Part shown: positions 54,101-64,000 of the stretch, piece after piece | Position numbering within the stretch: position 1 is the first letter of the stretch | Layout: each line of letters opens with the position of its first letter | Source: Chrysemys picta bellii | Taxonomy: Eukaryota | DNA length: 64,000 nucleotides | Direction: 5' to 3' | Assembly: GCF_011386835.1 (NCBI RefSeq) | Contig: NC_088801.1 | Span: 2,666,001 to 2,730,000, forward strand | Notes under the pieces: generated by a model | Database searches by the model: none | What the model saw: only the letters and a program-made list of their open reading frames with translations | What the model was told of the DNA's origin: nothing | Made by a program: the position numbers and the translations under genes

Positions 54101-57100
54101 TAAGTGTGGTCCTTAGGCTCCTGCTGAGATCCTTGGTTTGGGTCATTGGCATCTCCACCAGAGGGGTTGGATCATGGATTTGTCTGGCTCCATAGAATCA
54201 TAGAAGATTAGGATTGGAAGGGACCTCAGGAGGTATCTAGTCCAACCCCCTGCTCAAAGCAGGACCAACCCCAACTAAATCATCCCAGCCAGGGCTTTGT
54301 CAAGCCTGACCTTAAACACCTCTAAGGAGGGAGATTCCACCACCTCCCTAGGGAACCCATTCCAGTGCTTCACCACCCTCCTAGTGAAATAGTGTTTCCT
54401 AATATCCAACCTAGACCTTCCCCACTGCAACTTGAGACCATTACTCCTTGTTCTGTCATCTGCCACCACTGAGAACAGCCAAGTTCCGTCCTCTTTGGAA
54501 CCCCCCTTCAGGGAATTTAACAGATTAACTCTTTCCTTTTCCTTTTGAAGCTGCTGGGGAGATGGTAGAGGAGGCAGAGAGTTCCCTAGATCAGACTAGC
54601 TGGGAAGCAGCAGAGCAGATGGCTGGCCACAGCGTGTCTGGTGGCACCAGGGAAGCATCTGACGAGGGTCAGAGACTGTCGGCAGAGGAAGAAGACTCTG
54701 AGAGCACAGGTGATGAATCGCTGGAGGAGGAAGAGGAGGAGAGCGCCTATGAGGCAGAAGCCAAAGGAGATGAGAAAGTGGCTTCTAAGAAAGCCAAGGC
54801 ACCTCGGGCCCAGCAGTTCAAAGGTAGAGTACCTCATTCACACGTGAGCGATGCGACTGCTCCAGGAGCTGGCGGTCAAACCTTTCACTAGCTGGCACAC
54901 ACCAGAGCTGGGTGACGAAGGCACAGCAGTGGGCAGTGTGGGCACGTCAGGCAGAGGACGTGAGATTGTGGGTTGTTTATCTAGGAAAGCAGAAGAGCTG
55001 GGGGAGACTTGGCTGATGTTTGGGGGATTTCCAAGGGCATGAAGGGAACTGATTGGTCCGTCCTCTGATGGTGCCCCATATTGGGAACAAAGGTCACAAT
55101 GGCACTAGTAACAAATAGTGTACAGTGAACCGTGGCTTTATGCCACAGGGCCGCCTGGGGGGGGGGCAAGTGGGGCAATTTGCCCCGGGCCCCACAGGGG
55201 CCCCCACGAGAGCTTCTTCCGCTCCGGGTCTTTGGCGGCGGGGGGTCCTTCCGCTCCGAGACCCGACGCTGAAGTGCCCCAAAGACCCACGGCGGGGGGT
55301 CCTTCTGCCCCGGGACCCGCCGCTGAAGTGCCAGGCCGCCAAAGACCCCAGGCCACCTGAATCCTCTGGACGGCCCTGTTACGCCATGCCCAGTCAGCGT
55401 GCCTACGAGGCTATGCCGGAGTGCCTGCTTTGTGAAGAGGGGCTGGATACTTTTGTTAGCAATAATACTTGGTTACATTTGCTAAAATAGGGACAATCAA
55501 TCCAAATGCATACGCTCAGGAAGGTTTCCCCGGTGAACTGCATTGCGCTGGGCTTCACTTTGCTATGAAGTATTGGCCACTAGCTTCTGCAGTAGGCAAG
55601 ATCCTGGGTTTGAGGGGCCAGGTGGTCTGCTCTAGGCTGACCAGTCCTGTGCCCCAGAAGAGGGGACCGTAGCTTTGCGCTGCCGGGTGCACAGGGTGAG
55701 CTGGGCCAGGCCAACGCAGAAATCCCAGAGGAGCCGGGGATTCCTGCTGTGCCATCTGCTGGAAGGTGGGATGGCCCTGCAAGCAGGACCCAGTGGCTGT
55801 CCTGGATTCTCTCTGCAGAGAAGTGAGCCCTGTGGGCCACGGGGGCAGAGCGTGTTGGCTTCCCAGCGAATCCAGCCCCAGGAGCTGTTACGGTTCTGAA
55901 CGTGCAATCAAAGCCTGTTTGGGATGATGCCTGCGAGTGGCGTGTTCAAGGGACAGCCGTGACAGCCAGACAAATTCCAATGAGAAATTAGGCACAAATT
56001 GTTAGCAGCGAGGGCAGTTAACCCCGAGAACAAACTCCCCTGGGGAGTGGGGGATTCACCAGCTTTTGGTGGCTTTAGAGCGGCCGGGCTGTCTTTCTGG
56101 AAGATGTTTGAGCCAAACATGAGTTACTGGGCTCTGCAGAGGGGTAACGGACGGTGATAAACAGGACTCCGGTTAGATGAGCTAATGGCCCCTTCTGGCC
56201 TTAACTCTGGGAATCTAAGCACACCTGGAGATTCGTGGTGGTTTTCACACAAACCTTCATTTGATCCCTACCTAGCAAAAAGAAGCCTAGAGTGAGTGAA
56301 GCCTGGTACTAGCTCCTGCTTCTGGCTGCCTGATGCGGCCTGAGCCCGCCGGCTCAGCAGGGCCCGAGCCCACTGGAGGCAGACGTTAGCAAAGGTCCAA
56401 CACCCAAACGCTTGAATGCTGGGCTGCTGCGTCTCGATTCAGGTGTGGTAGGTGCAGTGGGTTGGCTGATGAAGGTAGGCTGGTCCCCTCTTGCTCCAGA
56501 CGTGGCTTCTGGCGGCTCGTCGGCATAGGCGGAGTTAGTGAGCGTGTGTGTGACGGGAAGTGGACATCGCTTGGGGGCTGACATCCATGCAGCCAGTAAC
56601 GCAGGTGTCCGCATGCAGTGACTGGCTCCGAGTGCAGGGTTTGCTGTTGACGTGCCCGCGTGAGGCTGGCTTCCTCACCAGGAATGATCAGCCACCCCAA
56701 ATGAGTCTTTGGTTGTGGGCTCCATTTATTGTCCAGATGACCACAGGCTCGGGGAAGGAAGGCAGCACTTCCAGCCAGGCCTTTCCACCCAGCCAGGGCT
56801 TCCCACCTGGAGTCTCCCGTCCTCAGGGACCTCTGCAGGAGAGAGTCTCTTCCTGCAGCTTGGCTCTGCAGTCCCCGCCCAGTAGGGCCACTTACTCCCA
56901 TTCCTGCTGGGTCTGACCCGGCAGCTCTCCGTGCCCTGTTGTGTGTTGGCTCCGGGCTGACCGGGGATGGTTTCCTTTGCAGGGGATGTAGCAGAGGGCT
57001 CCGAATACCTCTTCAAAACCCACATGTGCCCGGAGTGCAAACGGTGCTTCAAGAAGCGGACGCACCTGGTGGAGCACCTGCACCTGCACTTCCCAGACCC

Positions 57101-58238
57101 CAGCCTGCAGTGCCCCAACTGCCAGAAGTACTTCACCAGCAAGAGCAAGCTGAAAATCCACATGATGCGAGAGACGGGGGAGAAAACTCACCGCTGCCCG
57201 CTCTGCCACTACAGCTCGGTGGAGAAGAACGCCCTCAACCGCCACATGGCCAGCATGCACGAGAACATCTCCAACTTCTACTCCGACGTCTACGCCTGCC
57301 CCGTCTGCCAGGAGACCTTCCGGCTCAGCCAGGCGCTCAAGGACCACCTGAAGACCCACAAGACCGAGCCGAAGAGGCTGAGCTGCTTCCAGGACGACTG
57401 CGGCTATTGCAGCGAAGACCGCAAGGAGTTCATCCGCCACCTCAAGGAGGCCCACGGCATCAGGGCGGTGGAGTGCAAGTACCACGCCTGCTCCCTGCTC
57501 TTTGGCACGGCTGAGGCCATGGAAGCTCACCGCAAAACCCACTACGCCTTCCACTGCCAGCAGTGCGACTTCGTCTGCTCCAACAAGCACATCTTCCGCA
57601 AGCACAAGAAGCAAGGGCACCCCGGCAGCGAGCACCTGCAGTGCGGCTTCTGCCCCTATGCCACCTTCAACCCCGTGCAGTTCCACGACCACGTGGGGAA
57701 GATGCACGCCAACGAGAAGATCCACAAGTGCACCGAGTGCAGCTTCGCCACTGCGCACAAGAGAGTGCTCATCCGTCACATGCTGCTGCACACGGGTGAG
57801 TCGCCTCGCCGGCTGGCAGGGAGCCGCAGCCTCTCGGCTTCCCCAGCGCGCTGCTCTTCTGGGGGGTCGATCCACTGTGCTGTGCTGCTCTGCTCCACCG
57901 GGCGGGAATGTGAACTAGTGGTTAGAGCACGGGACAGAGTCAGGACTCCTGGGAGCTCTGGGAGGGGCGGGGGGATCCAGTGGTTAGAGCAGGGGGCACT
58001 GGGAGTCAGGACTCCTGGGTTCGGTTCCCTGTTCTATATCCCTGGGTATGTCCCTTAAGCTGGCAGATTGCACTGCCAGAGGGGCAGAATACCAAGGCAA
58101 AGCCGCCATGCTGTTCCCGTGTATGTGTTGTCCCACAAACTTATACAGGATCGTTTTAGGGGTCAAGACAAAGATGCCACATTTATTATTAATCTGTAAC
58201 TATTAGCAAATACCTCAATGCTTATACACATACACTCA

Positions 58239-58269
<31 letters not shown>

Positions 58270-61200
58270 CAAAATGTTCTGCAGCTGCTGGATAGTTACC
58301 GGTCCTGATTGTAGTTTGAGTTCGCAGCTTGGGATCATAGCTCGTGGCGGTAACTGGCCAGGAAAGCTGAGCACGAGGAGGAGCTGGGTCTCTGTCGGCC
58401 ACGCACCGATGCTCCTTGATGTTGATAGCAGAACGTTACCCAAAGTCTCTCATCTCACCCTTCCTTTTTTATAGGAGTTTAGTTTGGATTCAAAGTCTCT
58501 AGGTCTCGCTGTGTCACGCGGCCTCTGGGTTTGGTGCTTGATCACCCGTCAATTGCAGGCGTGACTGTCTGCCTGGGACCTGGCTTTGATCTTCCTTCTG
58601 TTGTTTTTTCTTTTTAGGGTGGATGCTTCTTGCTTGAGTTAGGGCTGTTGTTTAGTTCTTCAGCCGTTGGTATTTGAACTTTATCTCATCAGGACGGGCT
58701 GGTGCTGGAGGTTGATTCCATCACCCATACATCCCTCATTCACACATCTTAACTAGACTAATAAGATTACAGCCGGGTTTGCAAAAATGAAGGGTGCAGC
58801 AAGCCCTTACAAAATGGAGTAAGCATTTAAAAATGGTGTTTGAATAACAAATATGGCACAGAAGTTACAATGTGGGCAAAATGGCAAGTGTAATGAAATG
58901 GTGAACAGAAGTTACAATGGTACAGTGAATAACTAAAAACAATTTCATTCACATTGGTTCTACATATGGCTCTCGTCAGACCTGTCCGCAGTGCAGTGTG
59001 GCATGCCGGGCCCCGTCCCGTGGGGAGGGGGTCATTGCCCTGGCAGCTCCGCAGCAGAGAGCGGTGCCACATCTGAGCTTGAGGAGAGGTGCAGGGATTT
59101 GGACTGGATCTCGCTGGAGCCAAGGCGACAGCAGGTCACACAGATGAGAGGAGCCGGTGCCTTGCACGTTCCCTCGGAGGGGCCGGCGGGCAGAGCCCCG
59201 TCACCTGCTGCAGGTCGCTGGCCAGCGGGAGCAGTGGTGATGAGATGTGTGGGGGGAGGGGGAGTGTGAAGTTATGGCCTCTCTCCACCCCACATGAGTC
59301 GATTCTTTCTCTCCTGTCACTAGGGGAAAAGCCTCACAAGTGTGAGCTCTGTGACTTCACCTGCCGGGACGTGAGCTACCTGTCCAAGCACATGCTCACC
59401 CATTCCAACGACAAGAACTACATGTGCACTGAGTGCGGGTACGTCACCAAGTGGAAGCACTACTTGAACGTGCACATGAGGAAGCACACCGGAGACCTCA
59501 GGTACGTGCCTCCGGGTCACCCCTTCCGGCGACAGCCAATCTGGTCCTCTCTCCTGTCCAAGCCAAAGCCCCGTAAAGAGGGCAGGGCCGGTCACCTAGC
59601 TCAGGGCGTCCCAAAGGCAGCCTGTGGAGACGGCAGGTCCCTGCATCTGATGCTCCCTCTTGATCCACAAGGCCTGGCTGTTGCCCATGCTGAGGTCTGT
59701 AGGCGCGGTGGGAGGCAGGTCCAAGGTGGCTGCGGCCTGTTCCGTTCTTTGCAAATTAGGGATGAACTGTGGGCCGTCGCGGCTCTGGGATGGGCAGCGC
59801 CTGGCTGCCGTTGGCTTAGCTGCCAGCGTTCTGCATCCTCACCCACTGAGCCTGAGTACTCCTCCCAGTCCCAGATTCTCCTCCTGGCCTGCAGGGGCTG
59901 GAAGTGCTGCCATCTGCAGTAACTCCCGTGTGGGGACCAACCTCAGGGCGCTAGTCGGAAGCAGGGCACACACCGCAAATTGCCTGAGAGTTCTCTGCTT
60001 AGCTTTCACCAACCAGTTATCAAGTCTGAACTCCTCAGGCGCTCTAACAGCCCAACCATGGAGTCACAGACAGTCCCTTGCCACCCAGGTGAGCCCGCCC
60101 TTGTGATAGCTGGTCTCTCACAGCTCGAATCCCAGCAACAGTCAGGTTACTCCCAGGGCAATTGCATCTTAGATCTCACACCAAAAATAATGCTTGTAGC
60201 CAAGCCTGTAATAAACGATGTACAGATTTATTATAGAGGACAAGGAGATTAGAGTCATTTACAAAGCTAAAGCAGGTGAACATACACACACAAATGAATA
60301 ACAATCTTAAGTTTCAAAAAGTAATAGAAGGTATATGTGCTTTAGGGCTAACCCAGGCTAAGCAGCTGGGAATCTCTTGCTTATACCTAGAAACCTTGCA
60401 CCCCTGAATCCAAGCAGCATAGAGATCCCTAGTTCCTTTTGTGTGGGGTTTTTATCCTCCTCCTGTCATGTGATCTGAGCTGCAAACTCAGCTGATGGGA
60501 GGAATCCGCTTGCGTGACTCATCTTCACACACAGGAGAGCAGAACAACCAACGTCTTTTGTCCTCCTTAATTTCCCACAATAGTCCCTCAAGTGTCGAAA
60601 GGCCTTTCCTGCTAGGAAGGACGAACACCTTCTGTTGGAAACCAGCAGTTCACACTAGTTAATGTCTCTCTTCTGGCTGGTGATTTACAGTCACAGAGGC
60701 TCAGGGCCGGCTTTATGATCCGCGGAGCCCGATTGGAATACTCGGCGGTGGTCCGGGGCTTCGGAAGCATTTCGGCGGCGGGGGGGTCCTTCGGTGCCAT
60801 GGAAAATCCGGAGCGGACCCCCCACCGCCGAAATGCCACCAAAGACCCCCGGAGCAGGGCCCCCTTAGGTGCGGGCATGGGGCCCTCTTCGGCGCGGGGC
60901 CCGATTCCGGGGAATCGGGTGAATCGGCTTAAAGCCGGCCCTGCAGAGGCTCACAATACAACCGCTCCAATATTACCTTGCAACACGGCACACAGCTGTT
61001 ATAACTGAGATTAATGCTGGCAGCCACTCACAAGCATTCAGTAAAGTCTAAACATGTTCTGATAACCCTAGGGCCTCCCTTACCAGCCCTAATGCACAGG
61101 GGAACCAGACTGGTCCCAGCCCTGAATTTATCAGTGTTCAGCTGAGACATGGGGACCTGCCAGCCTCACAGAGGGCTGAGCCACTGGCTGCGTGCGTCAC

Positions 61201-64000
61201 GTGGCGTAGCAGCTGTCCCTGCGGCCTGCTGAAGGACAGTGGTAATAGGCCCTGCAGAGAGTACAGCCCTCGCCCAGATGGTTTGGTGATCCCACTGCCA
61301 AGCCTCCAGATTGGTGAGGGTGAAGCAGAGGCCACCGGGAGTGGGGGGAATCCCTGGGGCTGTGCCAAGGAATTGGGCATCCCCAGGCTGGATTGACGTG
61401 AAGGGCAGCACAAAGGGCCTGATCCCGAGAGGTGCCAAGCGCCCACGCGTCCAAGGAGATGGCTCCAGAGCGTAATAAATTACCCTGCGCTTGTTGTCAC
61501 CTTCTGGGGAGCGGAGTTGACCGTCAAACCCCGTGCGCTGGAGTGGGTGCCCTCCCTAGCCTCCCTCTGGCAGATGCGTCCTGCTGTTCCCGTAACCGTG
61601 GTCCGGCCGTCTGACTGTCTGACGTCTCTGGCAGGTATCAGTGCAACCAGTGTTCGTACCGCTGCCACCGGGCAGACCAGCTGAGCAGCCACAAACTGCG
61701 CCACCAGGGCAAGAGCCTGATCTGCGAGGTGTGCGGCTTTGCCTGCAAGCGCAAGTACGAGCTGCAGAAGCACATGCAGGTGAAGCACTCGCAGAACTAC
61801 CAGATGCCCGTCTTCCAGTGCCAGTATTGTAGCTACCAGACCAAGTACAAGCAGGCCCTCCTCAACCACGAGAACTGCAAGCACACCAAGCAGAAGGAGT
61901 TCCGCTGCGCCCTCTGCTCCTACTGCACCTTCAGCAACACCAGCCTCTTCTTCCACAAGCGCAAGGCCCATGGCTACGTGCCCGGCGACAAGGACTGGCT
62001 GGAGAACTACGCCAGCAAGGAGCTGGAGATCAGCTCAGCAGACGTGCTGCTGAACTACGACATCAGCGTGGCTCTGAGGTCCGACTCCAACTCCTCCCTG
62101 TCCGGGAAGGAGCTCTGGCAGAAAAGCAAACCCTCTGGCGTGGAACCCCAGCAAGAGGCTTCTCAGCAGGCTTTCGTTGTGCCCCTCCTTGACCGTGCCG
62201 CTGGGCAGCTGGGAGGCAGCGCTGAGATGGCGCATGGACTGGCAGAGGAAGAGAGGGGTCCTTCCACCGACATGGGCCCCCTGGAAGATTCCCGTGCGCA
62301 GGCCTCGTGCGCGATGGCGGAGGACTCGGGGATGCTGAATGATGCCGGTGACGCTGTCGAAAGCTGCACGTTGCACTTGGAGACGCTGGACGTCTCGGCA
62401 GACTCTGTGCTGAGGCTCGGGGCCAGCGAGCCTCCGGCAGCCCACCCAGAGAATGCAGATGCCCTGAGCTGCAAGGACCCGGCCTATGACGTTCTGAGCT
62501 CGCAGGACGCGCTGGTCCTGGAAGAGAATGACAACGGGCTCGAAGACGTCCCTGACTTCGAGGAAGAGCCGGAGGTCCAAGGGCAGGAGAGGCTGGAGGG
62601 CAGTGCTGGCGGCTTGGCCTGTACCGCAAATGCAGCAGAGAGACACGAAAAGGACACTCAGCGGGGGCCTGAGGATCGCTGTGACGGGCAGTGCTCCGAC
62701 GTGCCCAGCATGGCCTCCGATCCCAACGCAGTGCCAGAGACTAGAGAGGCCAGCATGCAAGAGGCCTGGTTTAGCATCCTAAAGCCAGCTGAGCAGGGCC
62801 ATTTTTCTGCCCCCGGAGACCCAGCCTCCCCGTGCGCCGAGGCCAAGGCGGGGCCGCAGTCGGAGTTGGTGCTGAAAGCTCTCCGGAAGCAGGACAAGGA
62901 GCAAGCGGAAACGCTGGTCTTAGAAGGGAGGGTGCAGATGCTGGTGGTTCAGTCGGAGAGCCAGATCTTCAAGTGCGAGACGTGCTCCTACATCACGCGG
63001 AAGGAGAAGTCCATGGCCCTGCACGTCAAGGCCGGCTGCCAGAGCCGGAAATCCCCGCTGGTGTGTGGGGAGTGCGGCGCCAGCTTTAAGCAGCAGCGGG
63101 GACTCAACACCCACCTCCTCAAGAAGTGCCCCGTGATCCTGAGAAAGAACAAGCCGCTAAAGCCCGCCGTTCAGGAGCAGCCGGGCAGTGCAGGCGTGGA
63201 GAATGGCAGAGGAGGCTCGGAGGACGGGGAAGCGAGCAGCATTCCCGAGCCCCCCTGGGAGCTAGATCGGGTGCCTGTGAAAGCATCCTCCACGAGCAGG
63301 CCCTTCCCCGAGGCGCCGTCGGTGGGCAGCCCAGCCCCCAGCAAGGCACTTGAGGATGCAGCTGAGAGCACGGTGGCAGAACTGCCCGTGCCAGGAGACC
63401 GTGCCCAAGCGGAGGAAGCCAAGTGTCCGTCCCTGCCTGAGAAATACCGGCTGGAGCAGGGAAAGCTCCACTGCAACGCCTGCTCTTTCGTCTGCTCCAG
63501 GGTCTCCACCATCAGCTCCCACGTGGAGGACGGGTGCCGGAGCCTGGAGCAGTTCCGATGCTCCCTGTGCTCAGAGGCCTTCCGGTCCAGGCGGGCCCTG
63601 AAAAGCCACCAGTTGGAAAAGCACGTCAAGCTGGAGTCCTCCCGGCCTGCGGGAGAGGAAGGCAGCGCACGCGCCAGGCCGCTGGAGGAAGGAGCGGCTC
63701 CGGATGGGCCCCGAGAGACCAGACCAGCCGGCAAAGGGAAGGGCCAGCCCCGCAAGGCCGTGGGCGTGACGGCTGCCAGGAAAGCTGCCCGGTGCAAGAG
63801 GCGGCGCTTCTCCTGCCCCACCTGCCCCTTCACCTGCCACCAGGAGCGGGCCATGAAGACGCACAAGAAGCGAGGCTGCGTCAAGCTGGACGAGTTCCAC
63901 TGCCCCGCGTGCCCCTTCACCTCCAAGGGGGCCAACGCCCTGCGGCTGCACCGCAGGCTGCACCGCCAGTACCGCAGCAAGCGGCCCCCGCTGCAGTGCC
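51160..64000 (+). CDS. ZNF142: Zinc finger protein 142 (multi-C2H2), 3'-partial
   Basis: Exons 51160-51442 (acceptor 51109), 52232 to about 52927 (donor uncertain, alternative 52864), 54551-54823, 56983-57795, 59324-59501, and 61635 to beyond 64000 (frame stays open; absent from the ORF track because there is no stop). Peptides [84 protein letters not shown] match vertebrate ZNF142. Confidence 0.96.
53966..53986 (+). promoter_or_regulatory. ZNF143/SBS-like motif in a ZNF142 intron
   Basis: GACTACAAGTCCCAGCATGCA matches ACTACAnnTCCCAGnATGC. Confidence 0.35.
54191..54512 (-). mobile_element. Young 5'-truncated CR1 LINE 3' end
   Basis: Terminal (TTCTATGA)-type repeat (catagaatcatagaa on +); uninterrupted ORF2 C-terminus [59 protein letters not shown] (54275-54469). 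Confidence 0.92.
55146..55378. mobile_element. hAT-type MITE
   Basis: TIRs CAGGGCCG / CGGCCCTG; 8-bp TSD TTATGCCA / TTACGCCA (one transition); internal repeated ggcgg..gggtccttc modules. Confidence 0.85.
57905..58045 (+). mobile_element. tRNA/MIR-like SINE head, duplicated
   Basis: agtggttagagca....gagtcaggactcctggg occurs twice in tandem. Confidence 0.45.
58049..58964. mobile_element. Probable solo LTR-like element
   Basis: About 0.9-kb block, AT-richer than its flanks, starting TG and ending CA, with an internal (CA)n; TATG near both ends. Boundaries uncertain. Confidence 0.45.
58241..58268. repeat. (CA)14 microsatellite
   Basis: Direct reading. Confidence 0.95.
59900..61148. mobile_element. 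Probable LTR-like element interrupted by a hAT MITE
   Basis: AT-richer block resembling reptile LTRs (catggagtcacagacagtccc...gcttgtagccaa...taataaac...gatttatta); ends approximate. Confidence 0.45.
60702..60943. mobile_element. hAT-type MITE, nested
   Basis: 14-bp TIRs CAGGGCCGGCTTTA / TAAAGCCGGCCCTG; perfect 8-bp TSD CAGAGGCT (60694-60701 and 60944-60951); CpG-rich interior. Confidence 0.92.

Noticed and set aside
61480-63980. Antisense ORFs of 160-270 aa opposite the large ZNF142 exon
   Set aside because: Shadow ORFs of a GC3-rich coding exon; the real frame is the unlisted open + frame starting at 61636.

Overview
GC-rich, repeat-dense vertebrate genomic DNA, most likely from a turtle (tortoise-type tRNA/CR1 SINE, CR1 3' ends, reptile-type Penelope-like ends). 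It holds four intron-containing genes in the human 2q35 order, as two head-to-head pairs: STK36 (-, 25 coding exons, last exon beyond the left edge) / RNF25 (+, complete, 509 aa) and BCS1L (-, 7 coding exons) / ZNF142 (+, runs off the right edge). Exons were placed by hand from splice sites and reading frame. Notable items: (1) two TSD-flanked palindromic Penelope-like insertions in RNF25 introns with minimal hammerhead-ribozyme-like motifs showing a compensatory base change; (2) BCS1L as written has a lost splice donor and three homopolymer indels within about 300 bp, most likely consensus errors; (3) nine independent GC-rich minisatellites, including a CTCF-like motif array and a 1.6-kb G-quadruplex-prone array beside a promoter; (4) a four-copy convergent motif in the BCS1L/ZNF142 promoter and an RFX X-box in the STK36/RNF25 promoter; (5) two GC-AG introns. 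Most long ORFs in the track are by-products of high GC. Repeat-family names come from motif recognition, not database searches. I found no convincing wholly new gene system.
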